From: Capsulimonadales bacterium
GTDB taxonomy: Bacteria > Armatimonadota > Armatimonadia > Armatimonadales > Armatimonadaceae
Direction: 5' to 3'
Assembly: GCA_033762295.1 (NCBI GenBank)
Contig: JANRLW010000063.1
Coordinates: 1 to 17,620 of the forward strand
DNA: 17,620 nt
Shown: positions 6,812-15,953 of the stretch, one piece after another
Numbering within the stretch: the first letter of the stretch is position 1
Layout: every line of letters starts with the position of its first letter
Program-made: the position numbers and the translations under genes
Notes under the pieces: generated by a model
Seen by the model: the letters and a program-made list of their open reading frames with translations, nothing else
Database searches by the model: none
Told to the model about the DNA's origin: nothing

Positions 6812-8254
6812 ATGGAGTACGAAGTCAGTGTCGGAATGGAGTGCCATGCGGAACTCCTCACCCGGTCCAAGATGTTCTGCGGTTGCGCCAACGCCTTCGG
6901 CGGAACCCCCAATACCCGCGTTTGTCCGGTCTGCCTGGGTCTGCCCGGTTCCCTGCCCGTCTTCAATAAAAAGGCGGTCGAACATGTGGTGCGAACCGCT
7001 CTCGCCCTCAACTGCGAAATTTCCCTGCGGACGATCTTCCACCGGAAGAACTACTTCTATCCGGACCTGCCCAAGGGCTATCAGATTTCGCAATACGGAA
7101 ACACGCCGATCGGGATCAACGGGTATCTGGAGATCGAACTGCCGGAGGGAACACTGAAACCGATACGGATTACCCGCGTCCACCTCGAGGAGGACACCGG
7201 TAAGTCCCTCCATGTCGACGGTATGGGCTACTCGGTCATGGACTACAACCGTTCCGGAGTCCCCCTGATGGAGATCGTGACCGCGTTCCCGCCGGATGTG
7301 CGGTCGGGCGAGGAAGCTGCCCTCTATGCCGAGTCGCTACGCTCCGTTCTTCTCTATCTCGGCGTCTCCGACGGACGCATGGAGCAGGGCAGCCTGCGCG
7401 CCGAACCGAACCCCTCCGTCCGTCCGAAAGGCAGCGAAGTCTACGGCACCAAAACCGAACTGAAGAACCTGAACTCCTTCCGCGCCGTCCGTAACGGCGT
7501 CGAGTTCGAAGTTCGGCGGCATATCGCCCTGATCGAGAGCGGGGGCAAGGTGCTCCAGGGGACCTACGGCTGGAACGAGGAGAAGGGAGAAACCTTCCTT
7601 CAGCGGGTCAAGGAGGTCGAGCAGGAGTATCGCTATTTCCCCGAACCGGACCTGATCCCGATCGACTTCGACGAAGCGTTCATCGAGGAGATGCGCCGGT
7701 CGATCCCCGAACTGCCGCTTCCGAAGAAGCATCGCCTGATGCGAGAGTACGGTCTGCCGTCCGCCGATGCCGCTCTGCTGGTGCAGGAGATCGCGACCGC
7801 CGATTACTTCGAGGCGGCGGCGAAAGCGACGAACGACCCGAAAGCCGTCGCCAACTGGATGCTCGGTGACCTGACCCGTCTGGCGAACACCGATGTCGTG
7901 CCGGTGCACTCCACCCCGATCACGGCCGCCCACCTCGCCGAACTGGTGACCCTGATCGAAAAGGGGACAATCACCGGAAAGATCGGAAAAAACCTGATCG
8001 AGGATATGTACCGAACCGGCAAGAGCGCGGCGCGGCTGGTCGAGGAACAGGGACTCAAAGTCACCGGGGCCGACGAGGTCGCAGGCATCGTCGCGAAGGT
8101 TCTCGCCGCCAACCCGGAGGTCGTCGCCAAGATCAAGGGCGGCAAAGCGCAGAGCAAGGGGTTTCTGGTCGGTCAGGTGATGAAAGAGGCGAAGGGACAG
8201 GCCCGTCCCGACGATGTCAATCGCCTGATCGACGAAGCGCTGGAGAACGCCTAG
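6812..8254 (+). CDS. gatB: Asp-tRNA(Asn)/Glu-tRNA(Gln) amidotransferase subunit B
   Basis: [64 protein letters not shown] motifs and the C-terminal GFLVGQVMK YqeY-like tail. Confidence 0.98.
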   Translation: MEYEVSVGMECHAELLTRSKMFCGCANAFGGTPNTRVCPVCLGLPGSLPVFNKKAVEHVVRTALALNCEISLRTIFHRKNYFYPDLPKGYQISQYGNTPIGINGYLEIELPEGTLKPIRITRVHLEEDTGKSLHVDGMGYSVMDYNRSGVPLMEIVTAFPPDVRSGEEAALYAESLRSVLLYLGVSDGRMEQGSLRAEPNPSVRPKGSEVYGTKTELKNLNSFRAVRNGVEFEVRRHIALIESGGKVLQGTYGWNEEKGETFLQRVKEVEQEYRYFPEPDLIPIDFDEAFIEEMRRSIPELPLPKKHRLMREYGLPSADAALLVQEIATADYFEAAAKATNDPKAVANWMLGDLTRLANTDVVPVHSTPITAAHLAELVTLIEKGTITGKIGKNLIEDMYRTGKSAARLVEEQGLKVTGADEVAGIVAKVLAANPEVVAKIKGGKAQSKGFLVGQVMKEAKGQARPDDVNRLIDEALENA

Positions 8255-8281
8255 CCCCGGCGCACAAAGAAAGGAATAGCA

Positions 8282-8321
8282 AACGAAAACCGGAGGCACT
8301 TCCCTGCCTCCGGTTTTCGTT
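8282..8321. terminator. Bidirectional intrinsic terminator between convergent gatB and the beta-helix gene
   Basis: Perfect 17-bp inverted repeat AACGAAAACCGGAGGCA / TGCCTCCGGTTTTCGTT with a 6-nt loop, giving T-tracts on both strands. Confidence 0.85.
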
Positions 8322-8332
8322 CCGGTGTTCGG

Positions 8333-11068
8333 TTACGGAACCGTGTTCGGGGGCAGCGGTTCGACCGGCTGGACCGGGATGATCACCGGTGCGCCGATAT
8401 TGTCGCCGTAGTCCGCCTCGAACAGCGAGTTCGGAACACGGATCAACACCACCGGCTTGTCGCTCGTGTTGCCACGATACAGCAGCGAGAGCTTGCCCGG
8501 AGCAAACGTCGGAGACTGCGCCAGAACGCCGAACTCCGTGCCGCTGCCGACGATGATATTGTCGCGGATTCGGGCGAGAAGCGTGGAGTTCCCCGTGGCC
8601 AGCAGGCCCAGTCCGGCGTAGGCTCCGGCCAGCGTGGCGTTCCCCTGAACCCGGTTTCCTTCCACGATCGCGGAAAGGGTGGAGTTGTTGAACGCCCGCA
8701 GGGTGATCCCGCCGGTTCCCTGGCCGATCGGGCCGCCGCCGCGGTTATCGGTCACGATATTGTCACGGATCGTCAGGTCGCCCCGCGCCGCCGCGCCGTC
8801 AGGGATCGGACCGATATCGGCGGTGATTCCGCCGTACCCGTTGTTGTTGCTGGTGTTGCGTGTGACCGTGGCGGACAGCGTGGTCGATCCCGCGCCGAAG
8901 AGGTAGATACCGTTATACTCGTTGTTGTTCGCGTTGTTGTTGTCGACCGTCCCGATAATCTTCGCTTCCTCCTGAACGCCGACCAGGATTCCATGGCCGT
9001 TCGGGAAGCTGGGCGGAATCACGTTCGGATTGAACCGGTTGCCCGAGACCGTGTTCTCCCGGATGGTGACCGTCAACTCGCTCGTTCGACGGGCTCCGGA
9101 GAAGATACCGTTCCCCTGGTTCCCCTGACTGGAATTCGCCGTCACCGTCGCCGTGAGCTTGCACGCGTCGTTCGCGCCGGTGAAAATCCCGTTGCCCAGA
9201 TTGTTCACGCTGGTATTGGCTTCGATATTGGCGACGCCGACGGCGGTATCAAATCCGGCAAAGCGGATGCCGCTCTCGTTGAAGAGTCGGCCCTGGTTAT
9301 CGTTGACCGTGTTCCCCCGAATATCGAGGTTCATGTTGGACTGTCCGAAATAGAAGGGGAAGATGCCCGATCCGACGTTCGCCGAGGAGTTATTACCGAC
9401 GATTTGCGCGGTGATGCTGGCGGTGCCGCCCACCCCGATCAGGATGCCGTTCGAGGCGGAGTTGGTGACGGTGTTCCGATTCATGCGGAGATCGAGCGTA
9501 CCGGCGGTCGGGTTGTAGACGCGGATACCGGAAACCCCGCCTCCGAGGTCCAGGTCGGCGAGGAACGGCTTATCCTCAAACAGGGGACCACCGACGCTAT
9601 TCACCACGCCCTCGGCGTTCGGCAGGATGGCGGTCGCATCGGTCACAGTGTTGCCGGCGACCGTGACCGTTCCGGTGACATTGATCAGGCGGATACCTTC
9701 CCGGCCCGGCCTGGTGATGACGTTGTTTTGAACCGCGACGTTCGCGACATCCGTTCCGAGAACGCCCGCGCCGGTCGTGTCGCTGATCGCGAAACCGTTG
9801 ATTTCGGAGCCGGACGACAGGGTGACGGTATCGCCGATCGCCGGTCGGCTACCCGTCCCGGAACCGGGGAGCAGGACGCCGGTTCGCTGGGCGGTATCGA
9901 TGCGCTGGACGACACCCGAGGACAGCACGCGGACGCCCGTCGGGATCGTCAGCGCGCCGGAGGAGGCGACGGTGTTGCCGGTCGAGCGGACATAGACGAT
10001 ATCGCCGGACTGTGCGGCGGTCAATGCGGCCGAGACGCTGCCGAACGGGTTCTCCGCCGTCCCGTCGCCGGAAGCGGGCGCGTTCAGGTCGACATGGCGG
10101 ATGCGAAGCGCGGCGTTCCCGGCATCGCTGGCGGTTTCGCGCGTGCGAATCAGGTCGCGAGCGATCGACAGGTACGCCTGACGGGCAATCGGGTCCGCCA
10201 GACGCGCGACCGAAGTGGACGGTGTCACCCCGGCTCCCCGATAACCGCCGGAGGTGAAGAGAGCGATCCGGAAGACGCCACGGGTGCCGAACTGGCGGTC
10301 GTCCTGAACGGCGAAACTGACGTCGACTTCGTTCAACGGGCGCGCCGCGACACCGACGCGCCACCCGCTGAAGCCGTCGATCTCACCGCCTTCGAAACGG
10401 TAGCCGCCCACGAATCCGCGCACCGTCCCACCATTGGAAAAGCGATACACCGGCGCGCCGACCTCGGCGTCAAAACCCCGCAGGGCGTTCTCCACCAGCC
10501 GACGGCGTTCGAAGCGAAGTTGATTTCCGGAGAAGGATGTCTCCTCGGCCAGGGTGTTGCTCAGAGTGCGGTTCCGGTCTCCGAAGGGAAAATACCCGTT
10601 GATACGGAAGTCCAAACCGGTCCCCGTGGCGAATGTCTCCGCGCCGATGCCGAACTGATTGTACTGGAAGTTTCCGCTGTCGCGCCGATCCAACGCAACA
10701 TAACCGCCGGCCACACGACCGGGACCGACCAGGTGACGGCGTCCGAGCAGCAGGCCGCCGCCCATATTGAGTCGCTCGGTTTCAGAGAAGACACGCCCTT
10801 CCAGAAAGAGCAAGGAACGTCCGCCATGAGTCGCCAGGGGGAGGAAACCCTCGACCGCGCCCGTTCCCTCGAACCCGGCGCCCGCGCTGGTGAACGATGC
10901 GCCCACCCGCGGAATGAAACGGATATCAACGCTCTCCTGAGCGTGCGCTCGCGGCAGAAATAACCCGGGAGCGATGAGCGCGGCAACGGCAGCCACGCCG
11001 TAACGTCCGAATACCGGGCACGGGAATACGTTGGGGGCCGTATTATCGTTCGAAAAGATGCGTTTCAC
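8333..11068 (-). CDS. Inverse autotransporter-like outer membrane protein: N-terminal invasin-type beta-barrel plus right-handed parallel beta-helix passenger
   Basis: Signal peptide ending AHA|Q. Barrel motifs G.LLLGRR, GGYVALD.RD, NQFGIGAE, DFRINGYFPFG, GFDAEVG and linker RLADPIARQ. Then GDGTAENPF.SV..AL..AQSGDIVYV and many (I/V)xxNT..N...GI repeats. Start placed at GTG 11068 (GAGGT upstream); the ORF is open back to 11155. Confidence 0.8.
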   Translation of the reverse strand: MKRIFSNDNTAPNVFPCPVFGRYGVAAVAALIAPGLFLPRAHAQESVDIRFIPRVGASFTSAGAGFEGTGAVEGFLPLATHGGRSLLFLEGRVFSETERLNMGGGLLLGRRHLVGPGRVAGGYVALDRRDSGNFQYNQFGIGAETFATGTGLDFRINGYFPFGDRNRTLSNTLAEETSFSGNQLRFERRRLVENALRGFDAEVGAPVYRFSNGGTVRGFVGGYRFEGGEIDGFSGWRVGVAARPLNEVDVSFAVQDDRQFGTRGVFRIALFTSGGYRGAGVTPSTSVARLADPIARQAYLSIARDLIRTRETASDAGNAALRIRHVDLNAPASGDGTAENPFGSVSAALTAAQSGDIVYVRSTGNTVASSGALTIPTGVRVLSSGVVQRIDTAQRTGVLLPGSGTGSRPAIGDTVTLSSGSEINGFAISDTTGAGVLGTDVANVAVQNNVITRPGREGIRLINVTGTVTVAGNTVTDATAILPNAEGVVNSVGGPLFEDKPFLADLDLGGGVSGIRVYNPTAGTLDLRMNRNTVTNSASNGILIGVGGTASITAQIVGNNSSANVGSGIFPFYFGQSNMNLDIRGNTVNDNQGRLFNESGIRFAGFDTAVGVANIEANTSVNNLGNGIFTGANDACKLTATVTANSSQGNQGNGIFSGARRTSELTVTIRENTVSGNRFNPNVIPPSFPNGHGILVGVQEEAKIIGTVDNNNANNNEYNGIYLFGAGSTTLSATVTRNTSNNNGYGGITADIGPIPDGAAARGDLTIRDNIVTDNRGGGPIGQGTGGITLRAFNNSTLSAIVEGNRVQGNATLAGAYAGLGLLATGNSTLLARIRDNIIVGSGTEFGVLAQSPTFAPGKLSLLYRGNTSDKPVVLIRVPNSLFEADYGDNIGAPVIIPVQPVEPLPPNTVP

Positions 11069-11237
11069 ATGTACCTCACAGCGGAATATTTCCCTATATA
11101 TGACAGGCAGGAAGGACCGGCGTTCTTCGGCGTATCCTTTCGCTACCACCGTCATCCGTTTCCTGCCGGAATCGCGGACGATAAAATAAAACGTTACGTG
11201 TGGACCGTTTCCGATGACGTGTTACGAGGGATAACGG

Positions 11238-13511
11238 ATGATACTGGAACAGATGTCGGGTGTTTTTGGGCTTTTCGGGAGTATGGTTCTACTGACGATA
11301 CCGCAGACGATACCGCAGACGCCGCCGAGGGCGCAACGGATACCTGAGAGCCTGCCCGGACCGATCGTACCGGAAGGGTTCGGTGTGAACATCCATTTTA
11401 CGGACCCGCAGCCGGGAGAGATGGAGCGGTTCGCCGAAGCCGGCTATGCCGTCGCCCGAATGGATCTGTTCTGGCATCAGGTCGAGACGGAAAAGGGCAA
11501 ATACGACTTCTCCGCGTACGATCGATTGACGGAGAGCCTGCGTAAGGTCGGCGCGCGTCCGCTGTTCATTCTGGACTACGGTAACGATCTCTATGAGAAA
11601 GGTTCGCCGCGTTCACCGGAGTCACGCGCCGCGTTCGCACGGTTCGCCGGGGCCGCCGCCGCCCACTTCAGAGGCAAGGGCGTGATCTTCGAAATCTGGA
11701 ACGAGCCGAACATCCACTTCTGGCAACCGTCGCCCGATGTGGCGCAGTATTCCGCACTGGCGCTGGAGACGGCGAAAGCGGTCAAGGCGGCGGACCCTCG
11801 ATCCACCCTGATCGCGCCGGGACTGTCCGGGTTCGGATGGGAGTTTTTCGAGGGGGTCTTCCGTGCCGGACTGCTGCAATACCTGGATGGCGTCTCCGTC
11901 CATCCGTACCGGGGACAGGAACCGGAGAGCGCGGCGGAGGATTTCGCCCGTCTTCGCGCCCTGATCGCCCGCTATGCGCCATCGGACAAACGACAGATGC
12001 CGATCCTTTCGTCCGAGTGGGGCTACAGTACCGTCGAGGGGGGGCCGATCTCGGAGGCGACGCAGGCCCGCTACCTGACCCGGATGTGGCTGGCGAACCT
12101 GGCATCCGGCGTCCACCTGTCGATCTTCTATGACTGGAAGGAGGACGGACCGGACCCGAAGGAGAACGAGCATCACTTCGGCACCGTTCGGCCCGATCTG
12201 ACGCCCAAGCCGGCGTTCCTGGCCGCGAAACATCTGATCGCCGAACTGCGCGGTTACCACTTCCGCCACCGTCTCAAGACCGCAAACCCCGAGGAATGGC
12301 GTCTTCTATTTCAGAAGGGGGACGCGGGCGACCTGAAACTGGTCACGTGGCGCGCGGACCGCAAGGCGAGCGACGCCGAGGCGACCCCGAAGGTGACGGC
12401 GGTGACGAAGACCGATCCCGCCTTTCGCGACCTGTTGCGTCTGGCGTCCGTCCGCTGGCCCGCCGGCGCTCTGGCCGAATCGACCGGGATGCCGCCCGAC
12501 CTGAAGATCACCTTTCAAAATCCCGAGACGGAGGAGCATCGGGTCCGCGCTCTGATCGGCGGACCCACCGTCGACGTCGGCGCGTCCGTTCCGCCGGGCG
12601 CGACCCGGACCGTGGCGGCCCCCTGGTCCATGCCCGCCGGGCGGGTCGAACGTCGGGAACCGGTTCCGGTGACGATCGTCTGGGGTGGTCAACCGCTGTC
12701 GATCGAACCCATGCCGCTGAATGTCCGCCGGATCGACACCATTTCCCTCACCGCGCTGCCCGCGCAGACCGATCTCGCGCTGTTCCTGGAAAACCCGGCG
12801 CGAACGGCGTTCGACGGAACCGCCGTACTGAAAGCCGGGGAGAAGGTCGTCGCCCGTCGCCCGGTGACGCTGAAGGCCGGAGAGGAGAGGGGGCGGGCGT
12901 TTCTGCCCCATCCGAAAGCGGCGACGGTTTCGGTCGTGCTGCAGGATGAAAAAGGGAACGAGATCTCCGTCCTGCCGCCGTCCCGTTATGTGCCCATGTC
13001 CGAGTTCCCGAACCGCCCGACCGCGGATACCGGATTCGGCTACACGCTGTTTGTGGAGAACGCCGCCCGGAAGCCGACGCCGTTGCCCGCCGTGCCCGCG
13101 CCCGATCGAAGTCCGGGAGAGACCGCTCTCCGGATCGCCTATCGGTTCGATCCGGGCTGGCGATATGCGGGCTGGACGTCGGAAAAGCCCTGGCCGATCC
13201 CGGAGAAAGCGCGTGCGCTGACGCTCTGGGTTCATGCGACCGCGTCCGGCGATATGCTGCGCTCCCGGTTTCGGGACGCCACCGGTCAGACGTTCCAGAT
13301 CGATCTGGGCGCACTGGACTGGAAAGGCTGGAAGACCGTGACAATCCCGCTGGACGGCACACGAGTCGGCGTCTCCTGGGGCGGAGCGAACGACGGGAAG
13401 GTGCATGGCGCGCGCCACTGGGAAACGCTGCTCCTGATCGACTCCGTTCACCGGACGAACGGCTCGGAAAGCGCCGTCCTGATCACCGCCCCCTACTACG
13501 TGATCGAATAG
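11238..13511 (+). CDS. Clan GH-A glycoside hydrolase (GH39/GH5-like) with C-terminal accessory and CBM-like domains
   Basis: GVNIHF, R.D..W..VE...YDFS.YD, acid/base EIWNEPN, SVHPY and nucleophile SEWGYS motifs. C-terminal LTLWV...RFRDATGQTFQ...LDWKGWK resembles CBM11/CIA30-like folds. GAGGG SD lies 7 nt upstream. Confidence 0.85.
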   Translation: MILEQMSGVFGLFGSMVLLTIPQTIPQTPPRAQRIPESLPGPIVPEGFGVNIHFTDPQPGEMERFAEAGYAVARMDLFWHQVETEKGKYDFSAYDRLTESLRKVGARPLFILDYGNDLYEKGSPRSPESRAAFARFAGAAAAHFRGKGVIFEIWNEPNIHFWQPSPDVAQYSALALETAKAVKAADPRSTLIAPGLSGFGWEFFEGVFRAGLLQYLDGVSVHPYRGQEPESAAEDFARLRALIARYAPSDKRQMPILSSEWGYSTVEGGPISEATQARYLTRMWLANLASGVHLSIFYDWKEDGPDPKENEHHFGTVRPDLTPKPAFLAAKHLIAELRGYHFRHRLKTANPEEWRLLFQKGDAGDLKLVTWRADRKASDAEATPKVTAVTKTDPAFRDLLRLASVRWPAGALAESTGMPPDLKITFQNPETEEHRVRALIGGPTVDVGASVPPGATRTVAAPWSMPAGRVERREPVPVTIVWGGQPLSIEPMPLNVRRIDTISLTALPAQTDLALFLENPARTAFDGTAVLKAGEKVVARRPVTLKAGEERGRAFLPHPKAATVSVVLQDEKGNEISVLPPSRYVPMSEFPNRPTADTGFGYTLFVENAARKPTPLPAVPAPDRSPGETALRIAYRFDPGWRYAGWTSEKPWPIPEKARALTLWVHATASGDMLRSRFRDATGQTFQIDLGALDWKGWKTVTIPLDGTRVGVSWGGANDGKVHGARHWETLLLIDSVHRTNGSESAVLITAPYYVIE

Positions 13512-13550
13512 ACCGAACGACCGGGCGCGGTGTTGCCCGGCCGGGGGCGG

Positions 13551-14102
13551 TCAGGCCGAATCCGGCGAAAGAAATTCCGGGGGAACGTGCTCGGTGAGCC
13601 AGACGCCGTTGTCCGAGCGGTAGAAGACATGGCCGGCGGCGTGCATGGCCGCGGCGTCCACGCGAAACACGACCGGCCGGCCGTGGCGACGACCGACGCG
13701 TTCCGCCGTTTCCCGGTCGGCGGACAGGTGGACATGGTGGCGGCGCATCTTTTTCAAACCCTCGCGCCGGATCGCCTCGACGCTGCCCGCGCCGGTGCCG
13801 TGATACAGAACCTCCGGCGGTTCGGCGGGGGACAGTTCCAGATCCACCTCGACCGAATGGCCCTGATTGGCCCGGATTTTCGTCCCGGTCGCATCGAAGG
13901 CGAATCGCTGCTTATCGTTCTCCCGAACGATTTCGTCCAGCTGCTCGCGCGTCAGGAGGAAGCCGTTTCGGGCGCAGGCGGCCAGCAGATCGTCCACCCC
14001 GACCCACCCGCCCGGCTCCAGGGTCAGGCCGATCCGCTCCGGCTGATGACGCAGGTGCTTCGAAAGATACTTGCTGGTTCTGACAAGGTGTTCGTTTGAC
14101 AT
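13551..14102 (-). CDS. kptA: NAD-dependent RNA 2'-phosphotransferase (Tpt1/KptA)
   Basis: SK.LS..LRH, KQRF, IRANQGHS, LYHGT, R.HVHLS, G.RHG.P and NGVWLT..VPP motifs. Confidence 0.96.
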   Translation of the reverse strand: MSNEHLVRTSKYLSKHLRHQPERIGLTLEPGGWVGVDDLLAACARNGFLLTREQLDEIVRENDKQRFAFDATGTKIRANQGHSVEVDLELSPAEPPEVLYHGTGAGSVEAIRREGLKKMRRHHVHLSADRETAERVGRRHGRPVVFRVDAAAMHAAGHVFYRSDNGVWLTEHVPPEFLSPDSA

Positions 14103-14135
14103 TTACCTGTCCTATCGCCCGGGGTCTCCGATGCG

Positions 14136-14534
14136 TTAAAGGTGGGCGTCGATAAGATGACCCTGCCGGCGCAGCGCGTCGATCGCTTCGGCGAACCGGA
14201 CGGCTTTTACGAGCAGATAGTCGGTTTCGAAGGTGGAGAGGGCGAAGATCGGAATGCCCGCATCGGCCAGGGGGACGGTGAGGGAGGCGAGAATCCCGGT
14301 GAGGGCGAAATCCAGCGGTCCGACGACCATCAGGGCGCGCCAGTCACGCTCGACCTTCAGGGACGGCAGGCCGTCCGGAATCGTCGTGCGGGGAAGGACC
14401 AGCGACCACTCGTCCGGCGTGCGGGTGATGCTGAAGAACGACGCCGACCGCGCCCATTCGGGAAAAGGCGCGGTCGGTTCGAGTCGGCAGAGGGCCAGTT
14501 CGTCCGGAAGCGGGCGCAGGGTGAGAGCCGTCAT
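14136..14534 (-). CDS. ACT-domain protein (CASTOR-ACT/ACT_7-like)
   Basis: FFSITRT.DE.SLV and W.AL.V.GPLDF.LTGILA.L..PLA.AGI.IF..STF.TDYLLVK motifs. Confidence 0.9.
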   Translation of the reverse strand: MTALTLRPLPDELALCRLEPTAPFPEWARSASFFSITRTPDEWSLVLPRTTIPDGLPSLKVERDWRALMVVGPLDFALTGILASLTVPLADAGIPIFALSTFETDYLLVKAVRFAEAIDALRRQGHLIDAHL

Positions 14535-14576
14535 GCGTTACGGTTCCGCCCGCGCTCGTTCCGTTCCTGCCGTGGC

Positions 14577-15821
14577 TCAGGGGCGCGTTTCCAGCGTGAC
14601 GTCCGGCGAACCGGGGGTACGCCGCAGGATCGGGGCGGACTGCCCGCGCAGTTTTTCGTTGAAGAACCCGACGAGGTACTGATGCATGGTATCAAGCAGG
14701 GCGGCGGCGGGTGCGGTGGTGCTGATATCGTCCTGCGGGACGCCGTAGGCGGCGAGCAGGCCGAGGTCGGTGAAGTTGCTATGCCGGGCTTTGGTCAGCC
14801 GGATATAGAGGGCATCGGTCGAGTTTTCGAACGCCTTGCGATCGGACTCGCCCCGCGCCACAATCACGTCCGCCTGGCTCGCCGTCATCCCGCCGTCGAT
14901 CAGCGTTTGCCGGAACGCCGCGTTTTCGGCCTCCGTCGATCGCTCGCCGGCAAAGATCAGGAGGGGGCGGTTTGCGCCCTCCGCGAAGTCGAGATTGATG
15001 AGCGAACCGTCGAGAACGGCGGCGGCCCGTACCCGCGAATCCTCCCGCAGCATCCGGAAGGCATGGGAACCGCCGAAGGAGTGTCCGAAGACGCCCACCC
15101 GATCCAGGTCGATGCGGCCCTGAAAGGCTCCCGGCGCGGCGTTCAGAGCGGCCAGTTTATCCAGAACGAACGGCAGGTCGGCCGTCACCTCCTGATCGAC
15201 TTTCGCCGCGTTCCGCCAGTTGGCGTCGAAATCCGCCGCGCCGGACGTCGGCGTGAGTTGCGGTTCGACGAGCGACGGATCGGTCCCGGCATCCGAAACG
15301 GCCAGCGAATTATCGGAAAAGAGCGTCCACGCGGCATTGTAGGTGTGGGCAACGCCCACGACCAGATAACCGCGCGCCGCCAGATACTCGGCGGTACTGT
15401 TGTAGAGGAGGGGATGCATCCCGTTGCCGTGCGACATGACGAGGACGGGGAAGGCGCGTCCGGTGGTCGGAGCGGCGTTGATATAGCTTTTGGTCGGGAA
15501 GGAGCGAATCGTCGCGGCGGGAATGCCCAGGACCGGTTCGACGGCGGCCGACTGGTTCGTATCGAGGAACGGACCGGGCGTGGCGTTCGCGGGTTTCGTC
15601 GCCGGATACCAGAAGTAAACGGCGATCTTGCGTGAGGAACCGGCGGTCGGCCCCCACTTTTCGGCGCGGCCGGTATCGGTCCAGTCGAACGCGGTGCGTC
15701 CGACGGACGACAGCCCGTCCGATTTGGAGGAGCCGCCGCCGCAGCCGGTCAGGGGGACCAGCACGGCCAGCGCGACCAGAGACAGGAAGTATTTTCGCGA
15801 AACGGAAAGTTCGGTGTTCAT
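14577..15821 (-). CDS. Lipoprotein alpha/beta hydrolase (PAF-acetylhydrolase/dienelactone hydrolase-like)
   Basis: Lipobox LTGC, WYPA, PVLVMSHG.G, LA.RGY.V, nucleophile GHSFGG, acid LDG and His in ARHSNFTD. Confidence 0.88.
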   Translation of the reverse strand: MNTELSVSRKYFLSLVALAVLVPLTGCGGGSSKSDGLSSVGRTAFDWTDTGRAEKWGPTAGSSRKIAVYFWYPATKPANATPGPFLDTNQSAAVEPVLGIPAATIRSFPTKSYINAAPTTGRAFPVLVMSHGNGMHPLLYNSTAEYLAARGYLVVGVAHTYNAAWTLFSDNSLAVSDAGTDPSLVEPQLTPTSGAADFDANWRNAAKVDQEVTADLPFVLDKLAALNAAPGAFQGRIDLDRVGVFGHSFGGSHAFRMLREDSRVRAAAVLDGSLINLDFAEGANRPLLIFAGERSTEAENAAFRQTLIDGGMTASQADVIVARGESDRKAFENSTDALYIRLTKARHSNFTDLGLLAAYGVPQDDISTTAPAAALLDTMHQYLVGFFNEKLRGQSAPILRRTPGSPDVTLETRP

Positions 15822-15877
15822 GGAATCCTTTCGTTCTCTGCGCCCCCGGTTTGTGGCAGAGCGGCAGGAACGATCGG

Positions 15878-15883
15878 ATTGTA
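15878..15883 (-). promoter_or_regulatory. Candidate -10 box for the hydrolase-ACT-kptA unit
   Basis: TACAAT on the minus strand in the 132-nt GC-rich gap between trpF and the hydrolase. Confidence 0.35.
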
Positions 15884-15953
15884 GCGTTCGGGGGAGCGGG
15901 GCGAATCGGACCGGAGATGTAGGCGCGGTCGGTCGGTCGGCGGAAAAATGCGA

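Noticed and set aside
8993..10963. 656-aa plus-strand ORF antisense to the beta-helix gene
   Set aside because: Shadow frame expected from GC3-rich codon usage. No recognisable motifs, while the minus strand has a coherent domain architecture.
11294..11321. 12-bp tandem repeat GACGATACCGCA x2.3
   Set aside because: In-frame micro-duplication in a low-complexity linker (TIPQTIPQT). Not CRISPR-like or phase-variable.
13518..13543. GC hairpin between the convergent GH and kptA genes
   Set aside because: Only a 6-bp perfect stem in very GC-rich DNA with no U-tract. Too weak to call a terminator.
14142..15635. 497-aa plus-strand ORF spanning the ACT and hydrolase genes
   Set aside because: Arg/Gly-rich antisense shadow of two well-supported genes.
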